Shown: in pieces, positions 37,693-46,883 of the stretch
Numbering within the stretch: position 1 is the first letter of the stretch
Layout: each line of letters starts with the position of its first letter
From: an uncultured Bacteroidia bacterium
GTDB lineage: Bacteria > Bacteroidota > Bacteroidia > Bacteroidales > CAJPTX01
Length of the DNA: 64,000 nt
Assembly (NCBI GenBank): GCA_938038735.1
Contig: CALHSW010000029.1
Location: forward strand, 39,829 to 103,828
Direction: 5' to 3'
Made by a program: the position numbers and the translations under genes
The notes under the pieces: model-generated
What the model was told of the DNA's origin: nothing
The model's database searches: none
What the model saw: only the letters and a program-made list of their open reading frames with translations

Positions 37693-39564
37693 CTACCGAA
37701 TTTTCCTCAGTATCTCGTTCGCCACGGCCCGCGCCATCAGCGGCGGCACGGCGTTGCCCACCAGCGTGTACTGCGGGATCTCATCCTTGCGCTTATTGCC
37801 CCCCGTTTGGCGCTTCCCCTGGAACACAAAGCTATCGTCAAACGACTGCAAGCGGGCCATTTCTCGCACCGTCAGCGGGCGGTGCGACGCGTAGTGGATG
37901 AAATCGTCGGGCATGGTGCATACCGTGGGGCTTTGCCCCTCGGCGCGCAGCACCGTGTAGTTGCGCTTATCTGAATCCACACCCTCCTCCCGCAGCTGCC
38001 CCTTGGCGGCGTCGTAGTCACCATGCTCGGCTATAATCCGCAGCCGGCGGCGTACGTTATCGCTCTGCAGGCTCGATTGGTGGTTGAAAAGCTCCATCCG
38101 CTGCTGCCGTTGCGGGTCCTGTAAATCCTCCGCATCCCGCACGTAGAAGGGACTCTCCTCAAACGTGAAGCGGTGCTGTAGCCTACCGCGGCGCGACCAC
38201 TCTGCGTATAGCCTACCGTTGCGCTGCGGAGAACTCCACTCCGAGCGGCTGCGAAGCAATCCTTTGTACTCCGCTATGATAGGCACTTCGCGGTACTCCT
38301 CTGCCGTCTCTCCGTTCCCCACCATATCCAAATCCCACAGCGCTTCGTACACCGTCACCCGCTCATTCTCGTGCACCGTCGGCGCAATGCCCGTTATGAG
38401 TGCTTGGTCCTTCCGGCAGCCGATGAACAGCACCCTCTCTCGGTTCTGCGGAACACCGTAGTCTGCGGCTTTCACCACTATGGGCCGCTCTATTCTGTAC
38501 AGGCGTACCGCCTCAGCCGCACGCTGCAGCCCATCGAGGTCTTCCCCTTTGAAAATGCGTCCCAATGCGTTGACGCAATCGTCAAAGCTGAAAGCGTATA
38601 ACTGTAGCGCACGCTCCATCTCGTCTAATTCGTTCTGCTCTTGGGTCATACCCCGCATGGCGTGTAGCGAGTTGGCTATCCGCTGCACCAGCTGTTCATC
38701 GTCCAGGGCGTGTATAGCATCGTTTAGCCCGGCGGTGAGATGGTCATTATTCACATTGCAGTGTGCCTTCAGGTCTATCAGAGCCTTTGCAATCTCCTCC
38801 CGCTTCCCCTGCTCTTTCAGTAGCAGGATGCCGTGGCGCACAGTGTTCACATCCTGGTTGCTTTTACTCACCTTGTACGCAATGGACTGCGTCACCACCT
38901 TGAGCTGCTCCTCAAGAAGGCCGAAGAACGCTCCGTAGAGCCGCCCGAACTCCTCCGGCACACCCGCTTCCATTTCTAGCTTTGCGAGCCACACCTTTAC
39001 CATGAACGGCGACATGTAGCGAGGCAAAGCCTCTCCTGCAAAAGAGAGAAAAGAAGGGAGCTGCTGCGCATCAAGTATTGAGCGGATCCCCCCTAGTATT
39101 TCATTTACGAACTTGCCCTGCTCCTTGGTGAGGATCCCTTTGACGTTCTCCATTACGAAGTACTTCGGGCGTAGCGCCTTGATTACCTTGAGGTAATGGT
39201 AGAAGAGGTTATCCCGCTTATCGAATCGCTTTCGCATGCCTGCCAGGCTGAACGATTGGCAGCTCGGTCCCCCCGTCACTACGTCTACGGCTCGTGATCC
39301 TATCCGCCGCAGCAGGTTGGGTAGAAAATCATCCTCTGTGATGTCTTGGCAAAGGAATTGGGTAGATAGCCCAAGCTGGCGGTTGTACCGCGCTACGTGC
39401 GTCAGTTCGCAGTTGCGATTAATGTCAGAGGCCAGCAGAAAATCGTAGCACTTATCGTCAGTGAAGGCCTGTAGAAAACCCTCGCTGAATCCACCCGCCC
39501 CTGCGAATAGATCCACGTAGGTTACGCCCGTGCGATTACGTATGAAATCCTTCCGTTCTGCCAC
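37693..39564 (-). CDS. DNA (cytosine-5)-methyltransferase, 623 aa, with a ~190-aa insertion between motifs VI and VIII
   Basis: Motif I DLFAGAGGFSEG, IV GGPSCQSFS, VI ENVKGIL (aa 139-141), VIII QNRERVLFIG (aa 373-377), X GNAVPPLM. GTG start. Confidence 0.9.
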   Translation of the reverse strand: MAERKDFIRNRTGVTYVDLFAGAGGFSEGFLQAFTDDKCYDFLLASDINRNCELTHVARYNRQLGLSTQFLCQDITEDDFLPNLLRRIGSRAVDVVTGGPSCQSFSLAGMRKRFDKRDNLFYHYLKVIKALRPKYFVMENVKGILTKEQGKFVNEILGGIRSILDAQQLPSFLSFAGEALPRYMSPFMVKVWLAKLEMEAGVPEEFGRLYGAFFGLLEEQLKVVTQSIAYKVSKSNQDVNTVRHGILLLKEQGKREEIAKALIDLKAHCNVNNDHLTAGLNDAIHALDDEQLVQRIANSLHAMRGMTQEQNELDEMERALQLYAFSFDDCVNALGRIFKGEDLDGLQRAAEAVRLYRIERPIVVKAADYGVPQNRERVLFIGCRKDQALITGIAPTVHENERVTVYEALWDLDMVGNGETAEEYREVPIIAEYKGLLRSRSEWSSPQRNGRLYAEWSRRGRLQHRFTFEESPFYVRDAEDLQDPQRQQRMELFNHQSSLQSDNVRRRLRIIAEHGDYDAAKGQLREEGVDSDKRNYTVLRAEGQSPTVCTMPDDFIHYASHRPLTVREMARLQSFDDSFVFQGKRQTGGNKRKDEIPQYTLVGNAVPPLMARAVANEILRKIR

Positions 39565-39861
39565 TAATGCCTCTCTTTCCGCCCGATTGGTTGTCCCGCT
39601 GCGCCCCGCGAAGGTAGCAAAAAGGGACTATTGCATAAAAGTTTATTCGTTAGGCTATACGGGCAATCGTGCTTAGCCGAAACCCTTCTTATTTACCTTG
39701 AAATGCTAGTACGAATGTCCAACCGGCAAGGCTAACCCTCGCTGCCTAGTCTATAGCTCCAGCCCATGCCGCGGGCTGGAGCAGGGAGTGCCATCCTGTG
39801 CATCGTGCCAGCGTTAAGTAGGGGGCTGCAGCGGCTTCTATTGGGAGAGCTGTTATCTCCG

Positions 39862-39894
39862 TACAAATAGGGCGGGACTCGCGCCCCGCCCTAT
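39862..39894 (-). terminator. Terminator of the pyrD-like gene
   Basis: The minus strand reads ATAGGGCGGG-loop-CCCGCCCTAT followed by TTGT, ~65 nt after the stop. Confidence 0.55.
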
Positions 39895-39959
39895 AGCTAA
39901 CATCTTTGATGGTTGCTGACCCGCAGCTGTTTTTCGCCCCGCTGGCGGGAAAAGGTTGC

Positions 39960-40943
39960 CTACTCCTCCTTGTGGTCGGAGAAGTACTTCATGAACTGGC
40001 TACGCTCGAAGAGCGTGAGGTTCTCTGAAGAGGTAGAGGCGGCCGCGCCCCGCAGCGCCGCTGCCGTGGACCTTGGCGTGGTGGCAATGGCAGCGTTTAG
40101 CTCCTCAAGAAGCACTTTGACGTGCTGTACGCTACGCATGTATAGCACGGAGCAAATCTGTACAGCGTTGGCGCCCACCGCAATGGCCTTGGCGGCTTCC
40201 TTCCCGGTATGAATGCCGGAAGAGACCGCCATGTCAAGGTCTGGGAGCTGGGGCCGTGCCAAAGCTACCCACCGCAACGTGGGGTAGAGCTCTCGATCCG
40301 TCGAAAAGATTGGTGCCATGGTCGGCTTCAGCGTGGTCAAATCGATGTCTGGCTCGTAGTACCGATTGAAGAGCACCACGCCTTTTACCCCTCTGAAATG
40401 CAGCTGCTGCATCACGTTAAGCGGGTTGGTGAGGTTACGCGTGAGCTTTACAGAAACCGGTATACGCACCGAGTCTACCACGGACTGTATGATGTCAAAG
40501 TACTGACGCTCCACAGCGGTGGCTGCCTCATCAACGGTGGTGGGGAGTAGATGTACATTGAGCTCAAGGGCATCGGCCCCCGCCTGCTCCAGCTTTGAGG
40601 CGAACTCCACCCATTGCCCCTTGCCCACGCAGTTAACGCTAGGGATGATGGGGATATTCACCTCTTTTTTAGCGTCCGCCACTAGCTTGATGTAGGGCTC
40701 CACCGCGTGGCTCTGCACGTAGCCCTGGATGTAGTCGTATGCCTCTGGGTAGTCGTAACTATTGGGTACGACATGCGCCTGATTAATAATCTGCTCCTCA
40801 AAGAGCGACTTTAGCACTACGGCCCCAACGCCCGCGTCGGCTAGCGCCACAACGCGTGCAAGGGTGTCCGTGAGGCCCGAGCTGCTCGCAATGAATGGAT
40901 TGCGTAGCTTCAGACCGAGGTATTTTACGCTCAAATCAACCAT
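39960..40943 (-). CDS. Dihydroorotate dehydrogenase-like protein (class 1 DHOD fold)
   Basis: MVDLSVKYLGLKLRNPFIASSSGLTD and the TIM-barrel flavoprotein pattern throughout. Confidence 0.75.
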   Translation of the reverse strand: MVDLSVKYLGLKLRNPFIASSSGLTDTLARVVALADAGVGAVVLKSLFEEQIINQAHVVPNSYDYPEAYDYIQGYVQSHAVEPYIKLVADAKKEVNIPIIPSVNCVGKGQWVEFASKLEQAGADALELNVHLLPTTVDEAATAVERQYFDIIQSVVDSVRIPVSVKLTRNLTNPLNVMQQLHFRGVKGVVLFNRYYEPDIDLTTLKPTMAPIFSTDRELYPTLRWVALARPQLPDLDMAVSSGIHTGKEAAKAIAVGANAVQICSVLYMRSVQHVKVLLEELNAAIATTPRSTAAALRGAAASTSSENLTLFERSQFMKYFSDHKEE

Positions 40944-40963
40944 GGTATCAATAATTTCAAAGG

Positions 40964-41647
40964 TTACTCGGCGTTAGTATTATAGATGCGTTTGCCAAAG
41001 ATGGCACTTCCAACACGCACCATCGTTGCCCCCGCCTCAATGGCAATAGGGTAGTCGCTTGACATCCCCATCGAGAGCGTGGAAAAAACTTTCGGGTCAA
41101 CCAAACCCTCCTTCCGCACCCCATCGAAGAGCCCGCGTAGCGAGAGGAACTCGCGGCGGATCTGCTCCTTGTCTTCAGTTAGGGTTGCCATGCCCATTAG
41201 TCCCACGATTCTCGCATTGCCGTAGGATGCCAATTTGTTGTCCGCAAAGAGCTGGCGTGCCTCATTGAGGGTGAAGCCCGATTTGGTCTCCTCCTGCGCA
41301 ATGTGTACCTGGATAAGACAGTCCACCGTACGCCCCACCTTCGCGGCCTCCCTATCAATCGCTTCTAGAAGCTTTTCGCTGTCCACCGAATGGATCAACG
41401 AAACGAAGGGCACAACGAATCGTACCTTATTCCGCTGCAAGTGGCCAATGAGATGCCACTCAATGTCCTTGGGCAACGCCTCATACTTCGGCACAAGCTC
41501 CTGCACTTTGTTTTCCCCGAAGGCGCGTTGCCCCGCATTGTAGGCTTCAAGGATGCGCTCGTTCGGGTGCGTCTTCGAGACCGCAATGAGCTTTACGCCA
41601 TCCGGAATTGTAGCCTTAACGCTGGCAAGCGAATCGACTATTGACAT
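40964..41647 (-). CDS. yggS: YggS family pyridoxal-phosphate homeostasis protein
   Basis: VKLIAVSKTHP (PLP lysine), FGENKVQE, WHLIGHLQRNK. The 227-aa form starts at ATG 41647. The longer ORF upstream overlaps lptB and is spurious. Confidence 0.9.
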   Translation of the reverse strand: MSIVDSLASVKATIPDGVKLIAVSKTHPNERILEAYNAGQRAFGENKVQELVPKYEALPKDIEWHLIGHLQRNKVRFVVPFVSLIHSVDSEKLLEAIDREAAKVGRTVDCLIQVHIAQEETKSGFTLNEARQLFADNKLASYGNARIVGLMGMATLTEDKEQIRREFLSLRGLFDGVRKEGLVDPKVFSTLSMGMSSDYPIAIEAGATMVRVGSAIFGKRIYNTNAE

Positions 41648-41765
41648 ATCCCTCTCCTCCACGGCGGCAAAGGTAGCAAAAATGATGGAATGCTTTATGG
41701 TAATCTTGTAGAATTCAATGCAGCGCAGCGGTCGGGAAGTAGCCCCAAAAGGAATCCTCTGCGAT

Positions 41766-42551
41766 TTATTCCTCCTCTGCGTCTCTACTCTTTGCGTTAA
41801 ACTGCCGTAGCTCAAAGTTTTGTCCAAGGTATACGCGCCGCACCTCGGGGTCATCGGCCAGCTCCTGCGCAGTGCCCGACTTGAGGATGGATCCCTCAAA
41901 CAGGAGGTAGGCACGGTCAGTGATGGAGAGCGTTTCGTGGACGTTGTGGTCGGTGATGAGAATGCCGATGTTGCGATCCTTGAGGTGCGCCACGATGTGC
42001 TGTATATCCTCCACGGCGATAGGGTCAACCCCCGCGAAGGGCTCATCGAGCAGGATAAATTTGGGGTCAATGGCCAGTGCCCGGGCAATCTCCGTACGCC
42101 TACGCTCGCCGCCAGAGAGCTGTACGCCGTAGCTCTTACGTATCTTTTGCAGCGAGAATTCCTCGATGAGGCTCTCCGTTTTCTCGCGCTGCTGCTGCTT
42201 GGAGTACCCGTTCATCTCCATCACGGAGCGGATGTTATCCTCCACGCTGAGCTTGCGGAACACGCTCGCCTCCTGCGCGAGGTAGCCTATGCCGCGCTTA
42301 GCGCGTTTGTAGACGGGTTCGCGCGTGATGTCGTCATCATTGAGGAAAATGCGCCCCTCGTTGGGGGAAATTAGCCCCACAATCATGTAGAACGTGGTGG
42401 TCTTCCCCGCGCCATTTGGCCCAAGCAGCCCCACGATCTCTCCCTGCTGCACCTCCACGCTCACCTGCTTCACAACGGTGCGCGTGCGGTATCGCTTCAC
42501 GAGGTTATCAGTGCGCAGCCGCATCTGGCCCCCTTGCTTCTCTGTATCCAT
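41766..42551 (-). CDS. lptB: LPS export ABC transporter ATP-binding protein
   Basis: [31 protein letters not shown], the LSGGERRR signature, about 260 aa. Confidence 0.9.
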   Translation of the reverse strand: MDTEKQGGQMRLRTDNLVKRYRTRTVVKQVSVEVQQGEIVGLLGPNGAGKTTTFYMIVGLISPNEGRIFLNDDDITREPVYKRAKRGIGYLAQEASVFRKLSVEDNIRSVMEMNGYSKQQQREKTESLIEEFSLQKIRKSYGVQLSGGERRRTEIARALAIDPKFILLDEPFAGVDPIAVEDIQHIVAHLKDRNIGILITDHNVHETLSITDRAYLLFEGSILKSGTAQELADDPEVRRVYLGQNFELRQFNAKSRDAEEE

Positions 42552-42573
42552 GAAGTACCGACAAATGTTGGTG

Positions 42574-42581
42574 CAAAGGTA
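42574..42581 (-). promoter_or_regulatory. -7 box TACCTTTG for lptB
   Basis: The plus strand reads CAAAGGTA, 23 nt upstream of the ATG at 42551. Confidence 0.55.
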
Positions 42582-42647
42582 GAAAAAATGGGGTAAGAAG
42601 ATCGCGCAGCGTAGAAGTAAAAATTTTGTGGAGGCGTTGGAAAAGAG

Positions 42648-42655
42648 TAACTTTG
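42648..42655 (+). promoter_or_regulatory. -7 box TAACTTTG for the thiE-thiG operon
   Basis: TAnnTTTG match. Its position makes the GTG at 42628 an unlikely start. Confidence 0.5.
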
Positions 42656-42666
42656 CCGCGGAGATT

Positions 42667-43356
42667 ATGGGACAGGAGACGATAAATAGCGTCTCGCCGT
42701 GGACGGGCGAGGCGGTGGAGGATAGCGACCGGCTGATGTTGGTGACGCTGCAGGATAGCCCTTATTCGGTGCGGGAGCAGGCCGAGGCCTTCCTGCTGGG
42801 CGGGGGGCGTGTGATACAGTACCGCGCCAAGGGGGTGGCGCGCGAGCAGATGCTGCGCGAGGCCAATGCGTTGGTGGCACTATGCGCTGACTTTGAGGCC
42901 ACGCTGATCGTTAACGATTTTATAGAGATCGCTAGGGAGGTGCAGGCTGACGGCATACACCTGGGGCTTGACGATGCCCCCACGACGCGCGCCCGCACAG
43001 CCCTCGGAGAGAACGCAATCATTGGCGCTACGGCGCATAGCGTGAAGGAGCTGCAGGCGCTCGCTTCGCAGCCAATTGACTACGTGGGGCTTGGCCCCTT
43101 CCGCATGACGCAAACCAAGCGAAACCTGCCCGCGCCGCATGGGGCTGCGGGTACGGCACGCTTGGTGACAGCCGCGCGGGCGGCGGGGCTGAACGTCCCC
43201 ATCTTTGCTATTGGAGGAATTGACGACATGGACATTCGTGATATCCTGAACGCCGGATGCATGGGCGTGGCGGTCTCTGCCAGCATTGCCTTGGCTAGCG
43301 ACCCGCAGCGTGCAACGATGCGTTTCTTGGAACGAATCAATAGGAATGCCCGATAG
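42667..43356 (+). CDS. thiE: Thiamine-phosphate synthase
   Basis: [46 protein letters not shown] pattern. The start is uncertain (ATG 42667 or 42736). Confidence 0.8.
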   Translation: MGQETINSVSPWTGEAVEDSDRLMLVTLQDSPYSVREQAEAFLLGGGRVIQYRAKGVAREQMLREANALVALCADFEATLIVNDFIEIAREVQADGIHLGLDDAPTTRARTALGENAIIGATAHSVKELQALASQPIDYVGLGPFRMTQTKRNLPAPHGAAGTARLVTAARAAGLNVPIFAIGGIDDMDIRDILNAGCMGVAVSASIALASDPQRATMRFLERINRNAR

Positions 43357-43369
43357 AAAGGGAGTTATT

Positions 43370-44143
43370 ATGTTGGAGATAGGTAAGTATCAGTTTTCAT
43401 CGCACCTGCTGCTGGGCACGGGCAAATTCGCCTCAAACGATATCATGCGCAAGGCGATTATCGCTTCGGGGAGCGAGTTGGTGACCGTGGCGTTGAAACG
43501 TGTAGACGTGCACAATAGCGCAGACGACCTGCTCGCGCACATACAGATGCCGGGGGTGCACGTGCTCCCCAACACATCGGGCGTACGTACGGCCAAGGAG
43601 GCCATATTCGCGGCCGAGATGGCGAGGGAGGCGTTGGGTACAGATCTCTTGAAGCTGGAGATTCACCCCGACCCGCGGTATCTCCTCCCGGATGGCGAGG
43701 AGACCCTGGAAGCGACTAAGACGCTGGCCCGGGAGGGCTTTACCGTGCTGCCGTACGTGCAGACTGACCCCGTGCTATGCAAGAAGCTTGAGGACGCAGG
43801 GGCTGCCGCCGTAATGCCTCTCGGCTCGCCGATAGGTAGCAATCGTGGGGTGCGTACGCGGGACTTTATACAGATTATCGTGGAGCAATCCAGCGTGCCG
43901 GTGATTGTCGATGCGGGGATAGGGTCGCCTGCTGATGCCGCGGAGGCAATCGAGCTGGGCGCGAGCGGCGTGCTGGTGAACACGGCGATAGCCATTGCGG
44001 GCAACCCAGCCCAAATGGCGGTGGCGTTCCGCAGGGCGGTTGAGGGGGCTTTGCTAGGGGTAGCGGCTGGCTTGGCGCCGCGCGGCGGCGCAGTGGCCGT
44101 GGGCACGAGCCCATTGACCGATTTTTTTGACCTGGTACAGTAG
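43370..44143 (+). CDS. thiG: Thiazole synthase
   Basis: [48 protein letters not shown] is canonical ThiG. The start is ATG 43370. Confidence 0.9.
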   Translation: MLEIGKYQFSSHLLLGTGKFASNDIMRKAIIASGSELVTVALKRVDVHNSADDLLAHIQMPGVHVLPNTSGVRTAKEAIFAAEMAREALGTDLLKLEIHPDPRYLLPDGEETLEATKTLAREGFTVLPYVQTDPVLCKKLEDAGAAAVMPLGSPIGSNRGVRTRDFIQIIVEQSSVPVIVDAGIGSPADAAEAIELGASGVLVNTAIAIAGNPAQMAVAFRRAVEGALLGVAAGLAPRGGAVAVGTSPLTDFFDLVQ

Positions 44144-44213
44144 GAAAATCCGGGTACATGGAGAGTAAACGCAACGCGCAATGCGCAGCGAAAAAATAGA
44201 AGAGGAGACGGAG

Positions 44214-44468
44214 ATGAAGTATGAGGTTTCAGTGGATGTGATGCCCTTGGAGGCGTTGCTCGATCCGCAGGGAAAGGCTGTACAGGGTACGATAGCGCAG
44301 CTCGGCTATAAAGGGGTAGAAAATGTGCGCATAGGCAAGCACATCGTGCTGCACGTGGAGGCGGAGAGTGAAGATGCCGTGCGCAGCATGGCCAACGAGC
44401 TATGCGCCAAGCTGCTGTCAAACCCCGTCATGGAGGGGTTTACCTACAGCGTGAAGGCCTTGAAGTAG
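44214..44468 (+). CDS. purS: Phosphoribosylformylglycinamidine synthase subunit PurS
   Basis: 84 aa, MKYEVSVDVMPLEALLDPQGKAV..LGY..V..VRIGKHI pattern. Confidence 0.8.
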   Translation: MKYEVSVDVMPLEALLDPQGKAVQGTIAQLGYKGVENVRIGKHIVLHVEAESEDAVRSMANELCAKLLSNPVMEGFTYSVKALK

Positions 44469-44488
44469 CGAGGTATCATTAGCACGAG

Positions 44489-45331
44489 GTGAACTTTTCA
44501 TCGCAGCTTCGAGAGGGGAAGGTATGTCTCGAAGATTTGATTGATGCCAAGAATCCACGCCTTCGCAAGTGGATTCCCCGTTTCGTGCTCTCCTACTTGA
44601 AACGCATTGTACACCTTGATGAGGTGAATGCCGCCATCTCGAGGCATAAGGGGGAGCATGGCGTGCAGTTCGCAGAGAACATACTCCGAGAGTTTAAGAC
44701 GGAGTATTCTGTGGAGGGCTTTGACAATTTGCTGCCTGATAGCCGCTACATACTGGTGTCAAACCACCCGCTAGGGGGGCTTGACGGCATGGTGCTGATA
44801 GCCTTTTTCGGGCGTAGATTTGATAAAATATACTTCCCGGTCAACGATCTCCTCACGGCCCTTCCGCAGTTTGACGACGTGTTTTTACCCATCAACAAGC
44901 ACGGTGCGCAGACGCAGGAGAACGCTCGCCGCCTCGAGGAGGCGTACGCTTCAGATGCGCAGATCCTCTACTTCCCGGCAGGCCTGTGTTCGCGTAAGGG
45001 CAAAGGGGGCCTAGTGAAAGACCTTGAGTGGAAACCCAGCTTTGTGACAAAGGCGGTGGAACACCACCGCGACGTGGTGCCAATGTTCTTTCAAGGCAAG
45101 AACTCAAACTTCTTTTACAATCTGGCGCGTTGGCGTAAGCGGTTGGGTATCAAGGCGAACGTAGAGATGCTTTACCTGGTAGATGAGATGTATCGCCAGC
45201 AGGGCGCCAACCTGAAGGTAATCATCGGGGACCCCATACCGTGGCAAACATTTCAGGATAAGAGCCGAAACCGCAGGGAGTGGGCTGCGTGGGTGAAGGG
45301 AAAGACCTACGCATTGGCGGGGAATAGCTAG
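44489..45331 (+). CDS. PlsC-like lysophospholipid/glycerol acyltransferase family protein
   Basis: Acyltransferase block VSNHPLGGLDG and FPAGLCSR. GTG start. Confidence 0.6.
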   Translation: MNFSSQLREGKVCLEDLIDAKNPRLRKWIPRFVLSYLKRIVHLDEVNAAISRHKGEHGVQFAENILREFKTEYSVEGFDNLLPDSRYILVSNHPLGGLDGMVLIAFFGRRFDKIYFPVNDLLTALPQFDDVFLPINKHGAQTQENARRLEEAYASDAQILYFPAGLCSRKGKGGLVKDLEWKPSFVTKAVEHHRDVVPMFFQGKNSNFFYNLARWRKRLGIKANVEMLYLVDEMYRQQGANLKVIIGDPIPWQTFQDKSRNRREWAAWVKGKTYALAGNS

Positions 45332-45520
45332 CGGGAAGCTGTAGCTACAGAAAGTTTTTGGGCGGGGCTGCAGGCTGTTTGCGGCCCCGCGGTGTATTCT
45401 GCCGTAAATAGCTTCCGAGGGATTTTTGCCGTATGCGTTGCGGCATTGGCCTCCCTATTCGTGTTTGCAGGTGGTGCAGTCTACGGGTGCGGAATGCCCT
45501 CCCTCTCGCACCCGCTTCGT

Positions 45521-45580
45521 ACCCCCTTCGCATCAAATTCGGATTTCTCCGGAGAAATCCGAATTTGATGCGAAGGGGGT
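45521..45580. repeat. Perfect 60-bp palindrome (30-bp arms, no spacer)
   Basis: ACCCCCTTCGCATCAAATTCGGATTTCTCC is followed directly by its exact reverse complement. Verified base by base. Confidence 0.95.
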
Positions 45581-45917
45581 GGTAGGTTGGTGCTTGATGG
45601 TTAGCGTTTTATGGAATGGCTACCGTTTTGAGGTGGTAGCGGGCTGTAGGGCTTTGGCTGTATGAGTGTAAGTCATTAAGGGTTAACCTTCTATAAAATG
45701 TGGGATTGAAGCGGGGGGCGGTGCGGATGGCTGGCGAGGGTCAGCCTTTCAGACTGGCTTGCGCTAGGAGTAGGGGGGTGGGGGCCCCTATTTAGGTAGA
45801 CTACTAGTCATGCCGTGGTTTTAGCTGCACGAGGGGCTGAGAGGGAGGTAGCGTAGGTTCACTCGCTGCGAACGGCCGTTTGTAGTGCTGCTTGTATTGC
45901 CGAAAGGTATGATTGCC

Positions 45918-46727
45918 CTAACTTTTGCGCCACGCGGCGAAGGCGCTGCGGATGATGCCATCAATGTCGATTGGCAGGGGATTGAGCTGCGGCTGCCGGC
46001 TGAGGAGGAGGAGGTACTCAATGTTCTTTTGCGGGGCAAGGCGCGGCGAGTAGGTGAGGCGCAGCGGGGCGAGGCCGAGGCTCTCGGCTTGGCTAATAGT
46101 GCGTTGTAGCACCTCGTGGTGGTCGGCAGGGGAGTTGGCGAGGCCGCCACGCCGTATCTTGGAGGGCCCCACCTCAAACTGGGGTTTCACCAGCAGCACC
46201 GCCCAACCATGGTCGTTGAGAAAGCGGGGGAGCGTGGGGATGACGAAGGAGAGGGAGATGAAAGAAACGTCGCACACGATGGCATCAACCGGGATTCCAC
46301 CAAGGTGGGAAAGCTGAAGGGCGCGGATGTTCAGCCCCTCGAAGGAGGAGACCCGCGGGTCGGTACGTAGCGAGGGGAGGAGCTGGTCGTGGCCCACATC
46401 GATGGCGTAGACGTGGGCGGCACCGTGACGTAACGCGCATTCGGTAAATCCGCCGGTGGAAGCCCCAATGTCGAGCACGCGGAGCTGGGCGAAGGAGAGG
46501 GCGAACTCCGTGATGGCCTTTTCAAGCTTTTCGCCGCCGTGGCTGGCGAAAGCGGGGGAGGCGGTAGCGGTTATCTCCACCCTGTCGAGATCGCCAATGG
46601 CTTTTGCGGGGGTGCGGCAGATGCTGCCATTGACGGAAACTCGCCCTTCAAGAATGGCCTCCTTGGCCTTTACCCTTGAGGGGAAGGCGGCGGTGTTAAC
46701 GAGGTACGTATCGAGTCGCGTGGCCAT
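45918..46727 (-). CDS. tlyA: TlyA family rRNA (cytidine-2'-O)-methyltransferase
   Basis: S4 domain RLDTYLV..SR..AKEAILEGRVSVNG followed by the FtsJ fold VLDIGASTGGFTE. Confidence 0.9.
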   Translation of the reverse strand: MATRLDTYLVNTAAFPSRVKAKEAILEGRVSVNGSICRTPAKAIGDLDRVEITATASPAFASHGGEKLEKAITEFALSFAQLRVLDIGASTGGFTECALRHGAAHVYAIDVGHDQLLPSLRTDPRVSSFEGLNIRALQLSHLGGIPVDAIVCDVSFISLSFVIPTLPRFLNDHGWAVLLVKPQFEVGPSKIRRGGLANSPADHHEVLQRTISQAESLGLAPLRLTYSPRLAPQKNIEYLLLLSRQPQLNPLPIDIDGIIRSAFAAWRKS

Positions 46728-46734
46728 AGCGGCG

Positions 46735-46742
46735 CAAAGGTA
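46735..46742 (-). promoter_or_regulatory. -7 box TACCTTTG immediately upstream of tlyA
   Basis: The plus strand reads CAAAGGTA, ending 8 nt from the ATG. This implies a leaderless or near-leaderless mRNA. Confidence 0.45.
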
Positions 46743-46883
46743 CGTAGAAAGTTATTTTTGGCGATGCCCGTATCGTATCCTATAGTATGTTTTGCTATCT
46801 TCGCGGCGGTTTGGGTGGGGAGTGAACAAAACGAGCGGTGGTAACGTAGTAGGGAAATAGCAAGAAAAGAGCATAAGGAAGGA

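Noticed and set aside
41648-42088. N-terminal 147-aa extension of the YggS ORF
   Set aside because: The extension overlaps the 3' part of lptB in another frame and has no YggS homology. The canonical 227-aa YggS begins at ATG 41647.
42552-42736. TPP riboswitch upstream of thiE-thiG
   Set aside because: The CTGAGA / ACCTGATCTGGATAATGCCAGCG-type THI-box elements are absent. The distance from the promoter box to the start codon is too short for the aptamer.
45345-45665. Small ORFs (63 and 79 aa) in the acyltransferase-tlyA gap
   Set aside because: Both read through the palindrome, have Arg/Pro-rich nonsense composition and lack any promoter box. The region is better treated as non-coding.
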